A stretch of DNA of 63,879 nucleotides, filler included, from Aduncisulcus paluster (GCA_024181965.1; 35 parts of 35 records of this genome joined end to end with filler, not necessarily neighbours in it); one strand, 5' to 3'. Positions 23,200 to 36,332 are shown, numbered from the whole stretch's first letter. Numbers and translations are program-made. Notes: generated by a model not told the origin, from the sequence alone.

Positions 23200-24485
23200 A
23201 AACCGGATGTAGTGGGCAATCATGCTGCTGTACTTTGCTTGGGCATTGTGAGTCAGCATCTTAATCATCTCCACACTGATGGATGGCAACAGCTCGGTCG
23301 GATTGTTGATGTCATGAATCAACAGATCCATGTCATTGTCATCATCATCGGCATCGTCGAAGTTGAAGTTGAAAGACGAGGATGTGGAGGAGGAGGAGAA
23401 AGAGTACTCATCCTCAGAGCTCGAGGAATACGAATACTCGTGATCTTCACTGCCATACATGTCACTATCATCATACTCAGAGCCACCTGCAGCATTCCCA
23501 TCGGGCACAATGTCCTCATCAAACCCAGTCGAACCTTTCGAAGGGGACAAACGTTGGTCATTACGCTTCTTCTTCGACGTCGATAAAGCAATCGGAAGCA
23601 GCCCACTCCCATTCTTTTTGAATGTCTTGGGCGGAACAGGCGATTTGATGCTTGATGCAGACGAGACGATGTGCTGACCTTTGACAGTCCGTTTATGATG
23701 ATGACGGGGATGATTGGCCTTCTTGCCATGGTGCTTATGTTGACGGTGCCTATTCTTCCGCCGACGACGCTTTCTATCTTTGGAACTGGAACTCTTCTTA
23801 TTCCGACCAACGAGTTGCTGACGCTCGGTCACGGATATCCCATCGATGGCTTGTGCAAGCGAATGAAGACCTCCATCACGTGTCTTGGTTTCAGGGATGT
23901 GAGACATAAGGTTTCGTCTGAGAAACTGCAAATTCTTGAACTGGTCAAGACTGCCACCGGTTCCACCGGCATGTCCATTGATAAGGCCTCCCCTCCCTTC
24001 ATCGCCAAAGACATTCTCAAAGTTGTTCACGATCTGCAAACGTTCCTTCCGATCGGAATTGTCTGAACGGAGGATGATATCCCTGATCAACGTGGTATTA
24101 TCGATACCTCCAGCCTGCGTGAAGAAGTGTTTCATCTTGTCCATGATCACAACAATCTCATGCTCGTGACGGATGAGAAGAGAGGATTGGATTGAGAAAG
24201 TATTGTTGGGGGTGTCCATGAGAATGTTGCCAATGAGCTCGGCAAGGATCTCTTTATATGGACTATCGATGCTGACATGGTAGTGCTCGACGCGACTCAG
24301 CAGGGAAAGGTATATGATGGCAAGCTCTGAGGAATCGGGGAACAGACGTGCACACACGCAGATGAGCTTGATCACAAGCTTCAGGGCAGGGATCGAGAGT
24401 GGTTCAAGGACAGAGATGATAAACGACAACGAGAGTAATGTCACACGATAATTGTTGAAATTGACAAAATACATGAGCACCTTGG
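23200..24485 (-). CDS. Hypothetical protein, internal fragment with basic/His and acidic Ser tracts
   Basis: Open across the whole contig. Confidence 0.7.
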
Positions 24486-24585
24486 NNNNNNNNNNNNNNN
24501 NNNNNNNNNNNNNNNNNNNNNNNNNNNNNTTAATTAATTAANNNNNNNNNNNNNNNNNNNNNNNNNNNNNNNNNNNNNNNNNNNN

Positions 24586-25820
24586 CCACACCATCAACAG
24601 TCTCACAATCTCCGACACACACGGCGAGACCGTTCAGAAGGGAAATGGAATCAGAGAATGTGTGTTCTTGAGATGTGTCCGTGAGACCAGAGCATCCATT
24701 GATATTGAGTGAATCCAACGAACACCATCCAACACATGAGGACGAGGACATCAATGAAGTGGAAGGAGATGAAACGATGGAGGAAGAAAGAGGCAAAGAA
24801 GATGACGAGTTTGATATCGAAGTCACCAATGAATCTAACATGTCATAATTCATTTTCTGCATCTCAGAGATTGTCACAGACACCAACTTACTCAGGGTAG
24901 CAAGAGGGGTTAAATCAGAGATGGATGAATTCCCCGCAGAGAACGAAAGATAGGAGAGGTTATCCATGTATTGCATGCCTTCAATGGATTCCACAGTATT
25001 GGGCACAGTGAAACCAGAGATCGATTCCACTTCATCAATTCCAATGGCATCCACAAAGGATGTGTCATCACAATCTGTGCTCGAGAAACCAAGAGAAATA
25101 CAAATGGATCGCTTCAACACAACATCCATATTAAGAGACCCAAGAGTGACGTTCGGAGCAATCGTACACAGATCTCCCACATATGAGTCAGTACATGTGC
25201 ATTGGTGAGTCAAGGTATTACACCCACTACTGTGTTCACTCTTGCACACTTGATCCTGGGAATTGACAGGACATTCAGAGGTACATTCTTTCCCATACCA
25301 CCCATCAATACACATGATGGAAATGGTGTCCACTGAAACTTCTGTTCCATCAGATCCATCGGCAGCACACATCATATTGTCGGAGTGCAAGTCATGACAT
25401 TTCTCATACATCTCTGGAGATTCAGTGCGATCGATTAATACACAGGCAGAGTTATCAGATCCAATTGTCACAGAAACATCATGGTAGCAAGAACTGCAAC
25501 ATGTTGGTTCCCAATGGTCTGACCAAGATTCTTTGCAAACGATTCCTGACTCAAAGGAGAAAGATGATGTCAGAGCTGAACAGTTACAAGTGTTGTCACT
25601 GGCAGAGAACGAATCCAAGGATAAACGAGTCTTGACATCGGCAATACCATCGGCATCCATTCCACATATCATGTTATCACTAAGGTCAAGGGAGACAAGT
25701 GAAGGGAAGGAAACAGAGTAAAGGGGAGTTGGGTCGAAGATAGAGTTTGTACTAAGATCCAAAGAAGAAAGGGAAGGTGGAAGTGTTGACACAAACCCTT
25801 CCAAATCAGAGATCTCATTC
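24586..25820 (-). CDS. LRR + EGF-like cysteine-rich probable surface protein (fragment)
   Basis: LSSLDLSTNSI and LVSLDLSDNMIC LRRs; CIDGWYGKEC and CTCTDSYVGDLC EGF-like motifs. Confidence 0.8.
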
Positions 25821-25920
25821 NNNNNNNNNNNNNNNNNNNNNNNNNNNNNNNNNNNNNNNNNNNNTTAATTAATTAANNNNNNNNNNNNNNNNNNNNNNNN
25901 NNNNNNNNNNNNNNNNNNNN

Positions 25921-26514
25921 TTTCGAAATTGCTATATATCTTTATAGTCGGTACTTCACGAATCCTAATGTCTTTTGAATCCAGAAAATCGATCCCCCTT
26001 TTAATGTCAATGTATGTGAAATGACATTCCTCGAGTCCAAGCCATATAACTTTCTTTTCATGGTCCTTCCTGTTATAAATTGTTACCCCTCTCGTATCCA
26101 CGATACAGATTGTAACTTTAGCACACTCCGCTAGCACCAGTATATCATTTGAATCGGCAAAATAATTGGATCCAAGTGCGTCGGTCATATTCCGCTGACC
26201 ATTCAGATAGGTCATCGTTTTCACCATAATACCAAGTTTGCGTGCTAGTCCTTTGTGTATTTTACCATTTATATGGCACGTAATGAAAAATAGAGACATA
26301 GACAATCTGTGCCTGGAACAACGATATATGCAGGATCAACGTCAAATACACGTTTAAAAGATGCAATAAGTGCTCGACTTGGGCCTAGGTGTATATCCAT
26401 TGTAATATTTTGCAGGAAAAATTCAACATGGTTCCTTACTAAGGTAGTAGTACTACTCGGATACCAAAGAATTAACAAGAATGGATTATAATAACAAAGA
26501 CCCCGGGGGTTCAA
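25921..26514 (-). pseudogene. OTU-like cysteine protease, frameshifted near 26270
   Basis: VPGTDCLCLYFSL (cf. OTU VxGDGNCLF) lies in one frame; FADSNDILVLAECAKVTICIV…IWLGLEECHF (cf. WG..EI.AL…I.L…HY) lies in the next. Confidence 0.5.
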
Positions 26515-26631
26515 CGTAATATATTTATTTGGTAAATGAATAGATTCTATGCAGATCGGACCTGAGTTGAAAGCAATCGTTGACAGTTCAAAGAGAGAGA
26601 ATAAATGAAGAATTTATTATTCTGTACTAAA

Positions 26632-27174
26632 TCATCTTCCCTTTGCTGGGATTATTAATGCGGATTTTTTGATTGATGTATACCCAAGATCCCCTGCCAG
26701 AGCAGCATCAAATCTGTCATACACATCTGAGGCGGAAACCTCAATCTTACCGACTTTAGTATAAATATAAAAGCCAATTATACCATTGACTTCCATTTGG
26801 TTACCACTATGGTAGGTGTAATGGGTCCCCCGAAGTATTGATGGGTCCTCTGGAGATTCTGAATCATATCGAAGGGCATCAACGAAATCGTCATGACCAG
26901 GATAGGTAAAATAGTAGTATTTATCTTTAATAAATTGAGTGCCCGGCATCTTTTTAGATTCAGTGGGAGTTAGATTCAAGAAGGGAAGAATCTCAGCGGC
27001 CAACTGATGTCGCATAGGATGAGTGCGGATGTGGGCATATCCGCGCAAAACATTCTTATTTAACCTCTCCCCAACCTGTGCGGAGTAAGAGTCCTAATTA
27101 AGAATGGCCATAGTGGGATGAGGTGGTGCTGTAAGAGTACCTCCAGTAATGAGTTGGAGGTTTGGGGTTGCCAT
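26632..27174 (-). pseudogene. Orphan ORF with an in-frame TAG at 27094-27096
   Basis: ATG at 27174 is in frame with the 138-aa ORF, separated from it by a single TAG. Confidence 0.45.
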
Positions 27175-27915
27175 ATGCTTCGTGATAGCAAATGTGGATA
27201 TTTCTCTATATGAGGAGATTAGAGCAGGATAAAATTATTTTGAGCACAAAATAAATTATTTTAGGCGTTGTAAGTTATGAAAGTTACATATTTATTGGAT
27301 ATAATATTTTGCGGTTTGGGTGTGTTGGATTGGGATTTGTGCAAATCTTTCTTTGTTCGTAATCAAACATATTAATATTATCTCCTCTGGGCCTGCGCAA
27401 CCCAGGGGAGGTGGTAATAATATTTTGATGGTCTATTTTTGTTTTTTTTATGGTACGTTTCTGTGTTTTTGTTTTTTTTGTAAATACCCCCAAAATGGAG
27501 TATACTCCAGGATTTTTATGTTTTTTTTGTTTGTTCTGTTTGTTTTCTTTATTTTGACATTATTTAAGCTAAATTATAATAGTAAATCTGACTCAAAAAT
27601 GTTGCCCTCGATTTCACCCTTTAAACATGCTTTATTTAAGATTCTAATAGCGTCCGGGGCCAAATAAACCGATATAAAACATTAATTTAGGCTTAAAAGG
27701 CCCCTTATATTTTTATGGTCATATCTGAAACTGGATGGCGATTTCCAAATCAACTTCAAAAATGATATCATTTTAATTTTTCAGAATGATATCATTTCCT
27801 ATATCATTCTGATACTTATTTATGAACATTCTTTCTGTAATCAAACTTTCATTACGGATAGTATTTTGATTTATTATTGATATAAAATGGATCCTGAGAA
27901 AAAGTTTCCCTGTGT

Positions 27916-28646
27916 ATAGATGATGAGGAAATAAGGAAGTTGATCAAAGATGCGCAAGAAGAAGCTCCTCCAGACCCATCCACTCACGAACGAGAAGGAG
28001 ATCTCTGGACCTCAATATCCACAGGAAATATTTATATACCTGAGGACAAAAGCTTACACCTCGCACTAATCAGACATTTTCACTCTGCAACAACCGGACA
28101 TCATGGGATTAGAGCAACCATAGACAAGCTAAAAGACTATGGACTCACCTGGACAACAATGTACATTGATGTAAGGAAGACAATCAAGGGATGCCTCACC
28201 TGCCAGAAAATCGCAGAGCAGAAGAAAACAACGCAAGCCCCAACATTCAGTATCGCTCATGAGGTAACCGGACACACATGGTTCATCGACTCTCTCGGGC
28301 CACTTCCCAAAACAGCAGACGGATATGAGTACATCATGGCCGCCACAGACGCATTCTCTCGCTACACAGAACTCTTTCCTCTCACCTCTCTTACAGCGAA
28401 GGAAGCCATGTTCCATATACTAAGCCTAATCGGAAGGCATGGAATGCCCAATACAATCCACACAGATCAAGGCCCCCAATTTGCCAATTATCTGGCAGAT
28501 CATGTGTACGACACACTAGGCATACGTCATCACAGAGTCACACCCCACCACCCAACCGGAAATGGGATGGTCGAACGAATGAATCGGGAGATCAAGAGAC
28601 ACCTCAGAGCTCAAATGCTGGAACTCTCAGAAATGTCAGACTGGCC
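27916..28646 (+). mobile_element. Gypsy-type integrase (HHCC + DDE), 5'-truncated
   Basis: H…GHHG…CLTC zinc finger, WFIDSLGP, IHTDQGPQF, NGMVERMN. An in-frame stop at 27895 lies in unrelated AT-rich DNA. Confidence 0.92.
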
Positions 28647-29153
28647 NNNNNNNNNNNNNNNNNNNNNNNNNNNNNNNNNNNNNNNNNNNNTTAATTAATT
28701 AANNNNNNNNNNNNNNNNNNNNNNNNNNNNNNNNNNNNNNNNNNNNGGAACAAAATGATCTTGAAGAGAGGAAGACATGGGTTGATGATGACGGATTGAA
28801 AATAAATTGAATGAAATGAAAAACAATACGCCAAGGAATGCTCCAATGGCCACGAGAATGACATGACAACGAGAACACGGGATATGAGTGTGATAGATCC
28901 TTAGGTACCCCGATGTTCTGGCTTCTGTATGCATGTGAATGGGAATTACAAATATATTATTTTGAAATATATGTGATTGGCATACAAACGATGGGTACTC
29001 AGATACATCTATCAGGATTTAGATTACCGATATAATGTTGCTGCCGTTCACAAATTCCACAATGAAGGTACAACACCGATTTAAATAAATCGTTATAACT
29101 GATCTAATGTTGGGGTTTGTCGCTGTCGTTGCTGTGAACTTATGGATTTAAAA

Positions 29154-29227
29154 TAGAGGACCCGGGGATTGAACCCGGCACCTTCACGATGTTAGCGTGA
29201 CGTCATAACCATCTAGACCAGCCCTCC
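29154..29227 (-). tRNA. tRNA-Val(AAC)
   Basis: Acceptor GGAGGGC/GTCCTCT, anticodon arm TCACG-CTAACAT-CGTGA, T-loop GTTCAATC, followed by TTTT; no encoded CCA. Confidence 0.95.
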
Positions 29228-29704
29228 GATGAAAAATTTTCTTAAGAAATGCTATCACAAAATAGATTATCAAAAATTCAAATCCCTCTCTTCTTCATCA
29301 TATAATCACTCTTCAAACACAATTCAGCTGTTTTCGGAAGTTTACTGATGACAAACAGGTTGGCATTTCTATAAATAGATGTTCTAAAAATAGAATTGTG
29401 TTTTCTAAGATTGGTTCTAAAGTGGTGTTTTGAACGTCTTTGGTGGGTATTTTATCTGAATGAGGGAGATATGGTTTGTAAAGAATTTGAAGGTTTAATT
29501 TATCATCCGCACTATCATCGAATTTCATCATCAGAGTTTAGTGAAGATCTCTCTCGAACAGGAGACATCACACAATATGCTGAGATGTTGAAAGCATCAT
29601 GACATGATGATCATGTAACAGCTCTCCTCTGACAGAAATACAACAGATAAAACACAGTAAACACTTTTACACAATTTATTCTTTCAATACGCCTTCCAAA
29701 AATC

Positions 29705-30103
29705 TCAGAAATATGAGTACGACCCACCATATCTCCTCGCACTTTGTGGTCTCGAAGAAGATGTCAACAAGGAATATGAAGAGGAACGTTGCCGAGGTGC
29801 AGATACAGGTCTTGCACGAAGACTACTCACCCCAGAGGAACTACTCTTACGACCACTGGTGGAGCTTCGTCCATACACACTGCTCCCACTCACTCCAAGT
29901 CCACCCATACGATCGGCACGTTCACGCTCAAGCTCACGTTTCCGTTTTTGAACATCCGCAGACGAAGATCTACGCCTTCTGCTGGAGACAGAGGAAGTGA
30001 ATGAGGCCGTGTGGGATGCAGAATGAGATGATGGTGGTCTGAGTGAAGATGAGAGGAGAGAGTGAGGCTTTGAGGAGTGTAAATATGGTTGGTGATACTG
30101 TCT
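29705..30103 (-). CDS. C-terminal S/R-rich fragment of a hypothetical protein
   Basis: Open from the contig edge to the stop at 29705; RPVSAP and RPQSAR motifs. Confidence 0.55.
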   Translation of the reverse strand, partial: RQYHQPYLHSSKPHSLLSSSLRPPSSHSASHTASFTSSVSSRRRRSSSADVQKRKRELERERADRMGGLGVSGSSVYGRSSTSGRKSSSSGVSSLRARPVSAPRQRSSSYSLLTSSSRPQSARRYGGSYSYF

Positions 30104-30203
30104 NNNNNNNNNNNNNNNNNNNNNNNNNNNNNNNNNNNNNNNNNNNNTTAATTAATTAANNNNNNNNNNNNNNNNNNNNNNNNNNNNNNNNNNNNNNNNN
30201 NNN

Positions 30204-31040
30204 ACTACAAGATGAACAATAAGAATCTGAGCAAATATTTAATAAAAAGCCAAAGAAAAAGGAGAAGAAAGAGAGGTATTCATTTGACGAATAGGTATTC
30301 AATGATTTGAACATCGAAAACGCATTGTTATTGAATAACTTAACCAGAACATCGCCATAATCACTCAGGGAGGAAGATATGGCACGGGTTGTTTTTGAAA
30401 TTCGATTTGAAGAGATAAAATAGAGCGTTCCCGAAACGAAACCGATGAAATAAGGTTCGGTAGCAAATGTTGAACACCACTGTTTCAAAGAGGGAGATAT
30501 AATAGAAAAAATACAGGACGGATCAGCTTCCTGTTTGAAAAAACACTTAGAAAAAATAAAAAACAATCCGATTGCCTTGATGGCAACGGGTAAGGAAATA
30601 GAATCAAGAAATGACTCAGAAAAGATATTTTGAAGGAGATCCTTCATAGATTTAAATAAAATAAGGCATTCGTCTTCATAAAATGTACAATATGCAATGG
30701 AAATAGATAAAATAGCTTCGAGAAGCACAATGTTTGGATGAATAGAACAAAAATTCAAGAGAGTGGGGAAAAAAAGATCATAACACTCTTGAACCCATCG
30801 TTTAGAAATTGATATTACTCTGTCAGATGATTTTGAACGATTTCTATTTAATAAAATCAGGCACTGGCAACAAAGCAAAAAAGAATCTGAAAAGGTAAAA
30901 TCGTGAACTGAATCAATTTTAGAGAATTCAGAAATAAAAAGACGCTTATTTTCAACAAATATAGCATCAAGATGATCCCTTGAAGTTGTATTCTCAAGAG
31001 TAACAATCAATTTCTGGAGAGATACCGAATAACCAGACAT
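30204..31040 (-). CDS. Hypothetical helical protein (3' partial); likely start MSGYSV
   Basis: Long open frame. The upstream extension in the ORF track looks like T-rich UTR. Confidence 0.55.
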
Positions 31041-31939
31041 GAAAAGTATATAAGTGTAAGTCAAAGAAAGAACGAAGAAAGATATGATATATAGATAAAA
31101 AAAAAGATAAATAGGAAAAAAAATACAAAGAATCTTTCTTTGAACTTGCGAGAAACCAGCAATCAACTTTCTATTCAATTATTCATCAATCAATATCTAT
31201 TTTGACCTCAAATTCAATATCGTTACGGCCATAAAAAATTTTTAATAATTTATCTTGGCAGAATAACATCTTCGAAGTGAGTTGACGATGTTTTTATTAC
31301 AACTTTTTGATTGAATCGAAATAACGTATATAAAAATGATAAAATAATTCCTCGATCGAAGAAAATGAAATGAACCTATTCTAATAATCTAATAGGACTC
31401 AGATGCGGTTGAAAAGTAAAATTTTAAAAAAAAACTAATAACGTCAATCTAGTAAGACACACACAAAAAAAATACAATTTTCAACCAAAAGATAATAAAT
31501 AAAATAAAATAATACTGAACAGAACAAATAAAAATAAAAAATAAAAAAATAATAGATATCAGCCATCGATGTTAGTTTCCAATACTATTTGTATTTAATA
31601 ATCTCAGAGTTTATCAATTTGTTCCCATCTAGACCCAAGGACTCCCCTAAGATAACGGGGTGGCTGTGCAGTGTCGGGCATGTCAAACTTCTTGGATTTT
31701 TTCTTGTAAGGCATTGAAGTAATTAAATGTCCAGGTTTCTTCCATGACTTCTTGCCAATAATGGACCCAAGAATAGGTTTGCGAGAAGATATTCGATATG
31801 CTGGTGCACTCTGTGCTCCTGAGGGGATCATTTCCTCGNNNNNNNNNNNNNNNNNNNNNNNNNNNNNNNNNNNNNNNNNNNNTTAATTAATTAANNNNNN
31901 NNNNNNNNNNNNNNNNNNNNNNNNNNNNNNNNNNNNNNT

Positions 31940-32521
31940 GTGGAGTGGATGAACGACTCCGAATATGCGCTTGCCTTCCTGAGTGTGGATCCCACCGAGA
32001 CGACCGAGACTCGCCTGCTCAAGCTTATGCTCCTGCGTGCCTACAATGTCAAGCTCAAGGAACGGATGCGTGTGCGAGGGTTTGTCATCGACCATGGTCT
32101 CACTGACCTCAGACGTGTCCAGGAAGAACGATTTATTACAGAGAATACCAAGGTTGACGCAGCTCATCCCCGTGTCAAGGAATTGAGTGAGTTGAGCGAG
32201 AGTGGGAAAGAAGATCTCGCGAAACTACGTCCAATCGCCCCATTCTTCTCAAAGAAGGATTATGATACGCTGATTGATAGTTTTCGTGAGGAAAGAATTC
32301 TTCGGAAAAAGATTGACGAACTCGTTGAGGTTCAGCGCAAATATGGTGTCAAATATCTGTGCACGATTGATAAAGTGAAGAAAACTGTTGCCCGACGGGA
32401 GGAAGAAGGGCGCAAAAGGCGATCTCTGGTTGGAATGAACCGATTAACAGAGGAGGAAGTGTCTCTTCTCTCCGGTGAATTGGGTATTCCATTGAACAGC
32501 CCAAAGGAAGATCTGAAGTAA
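31940..32521 (+). CDS. ADA2: Transcriptional adaptor ADA2-like, C-terminal part
   Basis: EWMNDSE…LKLMLLRAYNVKLKERMRVRGFVIDHGL matches the ADA2 pattern E.DNDAE…LKL…YN.RL.ER. Confidence 0.8.
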   Translation: MEWMNDSEYALAFLSVDPTETTETRLLKLMLLRAYNVKLKERMRVRGFVIDHGLTDLRRVQEERFITENTKVDAAHPRVKELSELSESGKEDLAKLRPIAPFFSKKDYDTLIDSFREERILRKKIDELVEVQRKYGVKYLCTIDKVKKTVARREEEGRKRRSLVGMNRLTEEEVSLLSGELGIPLNSPKEDLK

Positions 32522-32557
32522 AAAGAAGTAAAATCTCCGTCATTTCATTCAGAAATC

Positions 32558-33068
32558 TCACCCTTCCTTGCGAACAACCTTGTACAATGTTCGAGAATCA
32601 TGAGTAAGCACAACGATCTCCTTTGGCCACTCTTGTCTCCCAGATGGACGCACTGGATATACAAGCACATTTCGACCGTGATTATTCGTGTGCATGATGA
32701 CAACACTCTCATCGCGAAGGGAACAGCCAGAAGTGAATCCTTCCACTTCTCCTCCAACCTTTTCCCCTCCAACCTTTTCCCCTTCTTCTTTCTCATCTTC
32801 CTTCTCAGCTTCCTTCTCAACTTCCTTCTCAACTTCAACTCCAGGATCTAAAAATAGACGTCGAATAATAATATTGTTTCCCCCGACAGAGTAGAGAATA
32901 GAGTTGCATCCTTCGACCATCTGGATATGTCCATCTCCTAGTGACACGGATGACACCATCGAATCTCCACCCGAGGTCAACCGATCCCATTCATGCAGTT
33001 CTAACCGCTTTGCAGACGTGTTGTGGATGAGAAAATGATTGGGAATATGAGAAAGGGCATGAAATCCT
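32558..33068 (-). CDS. C-terminal fragment of a hypothetical protein convergent on ADA2
   Basis: 140-aa ORF toward the contig edge; 36-bp intergenic gap to ADA2. Confidence 0.55.
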
Positions 33069-33168
33069 NNNNNNNNNNNNNNNNNNNNNNNNNNNNNNNN
33101 NNNNNNNNNNNNTTAATTAATTAANNNNNNNNNNNNNNNNNNNNNNNNNNNNNNNNNNNNNNNNNNNN

Positions 33169-34587
33169 AAACCACAGTATTTTGACGATGAGATACAAAC
33201 GATAATGGCCGAGAAAGCTTTGCATTTATCACATTTGACAGAGGCCGTGACATCAAACCACTCATATTCAAAGGTTCTTCTAAAAATAGACCATCCTCTT
33301 TCTCAATTGATCTATTTTTAGATGCAATGGGGGTTCTATCAATCATTTTGTGTTCTTCAATATGCTTAACCATTATTCCCCCTCCCTTTCTCCTTTCTCT
33401 TTCTTTTCTTTCAGAATCGGCCAATCTTCTTTCTTCCCAACCCAAGGTTATTTTTAGATTTCTCTGACGCTTTCTCATCTTTTCCCACACCGAGTAATTA
33501 GAACTCACTCGAACAAAATTCCTTCTTTTCAGGGATTTTGTTGGATCTAAAGAAAAGGCCACAGATAAATCAGGCAAAGCCGAAGAAGAAGAAGAAGAAG
33601 AGGAGGAAGAGGAGGAGGAATCCGTAGAAAATTTGTTACCACTTAGATTATAAATGTTTCTCAATATATATTTATAGAGCTCTTCGGAAGAGGAAGATAC
33701 TGATATGTGTCTATTTATAGAAGAATGAGAAGCGATTGATGGAGAACAAAAGGATTGACAAGAAACATATTCTTTCTTTCTTCTCTCTCCATCTTCCTCC
33801 TCTTCTTCTTGCATATTTTGACCAATGGAAATGATATCAAGAGGAAAACTTGGGAAATTATAACTTAATAAGGGCTTATTTAATGCCATTCCAACCCCAT
33901 AAGAAACAGAAGAGATACATGAGAGTGATTTTGAAGGTATTTGAGGAGAAACTAAAGTTGTAGCGTAAAAATATGTGTTAAAATTCAAAGAATTTGGTAT
34001 AAAACTTGGTGAACAATAATTTAACATCTCTGGTCTTTCAAATATTTCCATCCCTTTCCTTTTTTTCCACATAATTCCATTGTCCCACTCATATTCTATG
34101 CCAGCAAAGGAGAGAGAACGTGAATAAGGAGATAGGTGTGACGGATGAAGGAAATAGGGTGACATTCTTGGTGGAAATATCTGTTTTATAGTTGATACGA
34201 GAGACGATTGAAGAGATTCTGGATCAACAAGTTTCTGGGGAGTGGATTTGACATTTAAATTCTTTGGAACTTCATAGTTTCTTTCTTCTTCTTCTTCTTC
34301 TTTTTCTTCTTCTCCTCCTTTTGATTTATGTGATTCTTCAATTTCAATTTCAATCATAGCTTCTACCTCTTTCTCTTCTTCGTTTTCTTCCTCTTTCTCT
34401 TCCTTTTCTTTGTTTCCTTTCTCTTCTTCTTCGTTTCCTTGAAGCCAATCAAGCATAGATAACGTACAATGTTCAGAATTATTATTTGAGTTTGAAGAAA
34501 AAGAGAAGGAAGAGGAGGAGGAAGTTATGGAATTCTTTTTGTGTAATTTAACAGTTTGTTTTAGTTCCATTCCTTCTTTCTCTCCTC
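33169..34587 (-). CDS. Hypothetical protein with poly-Glu/poly-Ser tracts (fragment)
   Basis: Open across the contig. Confidence 0.7.
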
Positions 34588-34906
34588 NNNNNNNNNNNNN
34601 NNNNNNNNNNNNNNNNNNNNNNNNNNNNNNNTTAATTAATTAANNNNNNNNNNNNNNNNNNNNNNNNNNNNNNNNNNNNNNNNNNNNACCATTAAGACCG
34701 ATCCCGAAGGTAAGCTCGAATGGTTCCTTGATGAAGAGGAAGAATAATCTCGAATATCGATTTCTTTACATCCATAATATAAATACTCAACGCACATTTT
34801 AATAAATTTTCTTATCAAATATTTTCTTGGGTATAAGCACTTTATTCGCGTCTTACTCTCTATTTCTCGCCTGATTTATCTGGGATATTGAGAATGAGAA
34901 AAAATA

Positions 34907-34979
34907 TGGAGATGTTGGGACTCGAACCCAAGGCCTCTTCCATGCTAAGGAAGCGCTCTACCAGCTGAGCTACACCCCC
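34907..34979 (-). tRNA. tRNA-Ala(AGC)
   Basis: GGGGGTGTAGCTCAGCTGGTAGAGCG…CTTCC-TTAGCAT-GGAAG…GGTTCGAGTCCC…CATCTCCA, with a G3:U70 pair and a downstream T-run. Confidence 0.97.
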
Positions 34980-36332
34980 GATAACAAATTTTTTGAATAA
35001 TGGTATTACATGAAGTCAAAATCGTAAAAAACACCAATAAACCATTATAATATCACATGCAAAATAGTACACATCAAAATATAAGAGGGAAAGTGGCTGG
35101 ATTCTCTCGAAACAGTTTTGAATGCACAATAGACAATCATCAAAACTCTTTGGATATCTTGGATCGTGAAATATATGATCGCATTCCCAAACAGAATACC
35201 AGCAATATTCAAATAAATGATTATTAATTAAAATGACTCACAAAACAACTAACATCAATAGATGAGATGCCTCTAAGTGTGTATCTTTTAAAGATGTGTT
35301 ATTAATTCAAACAGCCAGAAAACAACAGTCCAAACCCATAGATTTCGAATAATAACATATCAAATTCATATCAACTTGATACGACTTTCAGATCAAAGAA
35401 TAAAGATTAAAAAGAATAATATGTCGGCTTTCAATTCGGGAGAAAAAATAATATACTTTATGGACACCATAAATCTTGGAGATTACATAGTATTAAGTTT
35501 TTCTATGGTGAGAGAAAACTGACGACTGCCCCCTGTTTTGTGAATTAAAGAAAGTATCCGGGCCAGTCCACAAATGTCTCCGAGATATCTACATATCTCT
35601 CACAACGAGCGATATGGTGGATCGCAAAGATGCTTGTTGGGCTTTCGACTTAATCCAAGGTCTGAAAAAGGATTTAAAGAAAAAGAAACAATTCATTCCG
35701 GATTTAGGATATGGTTGGGCTCCTCCTACTTTTGAAGACATGCGAAAGGATGCAATTGAGAAGAAAAGAAGAGGAAGCATTGAATCGGCCGATGCAATTG
35801 TTGATAAAGCTTTTGATACACCTGAAAAAGCCACATTTTGTAGTATTATTGATGAATAAAGCAAAGAAGTATAATTAGATATTTGCATATTAACTGAAAA
35901 AATATCAATCGTTAAAGTTACAAAATGTAGCATTATTATGCATGTGACCGGTCAAACCCCAACATTATCCAAATGCAAAGAGCAGAGATCAAATTTGATC
36001 TTTTTAGATGGGGAACTAAGTATATGAAGTAAAAAGTCGTTTATAATGTATTACAAACGGAAGTTGGATTTCATAGTATTATCAAAACATTTTCCAAAAT
36101 CATTTCACAGCATGATAACCAAGCAAAAAGGAGGAAATTACATTTTTGTCAAATTAATATAAATGTNNNNNNNNNNNNNNNNNNNNNNNNNNNNNNNNNN
36201 NNNNNNNNNNTTAATTAATTAANNNNNNNNNNNNNNNNNNNNNNNNNNNNNNNNNNNNNNNNNNNNAATATGATTGTTATCAGGAAAGAAGTTGTATTCA
36301 ATCCTTGTGGAAACGATGATATGAAGGATCAG

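Noticed and set aside
27094-27096. In-frame TAG as evidence for a TAR=Gln genetic code
   Set aside because: Long ORFs elsewhere lack internal TAA/TAG and several end in TAA; the neighbouring gene is also decayed.
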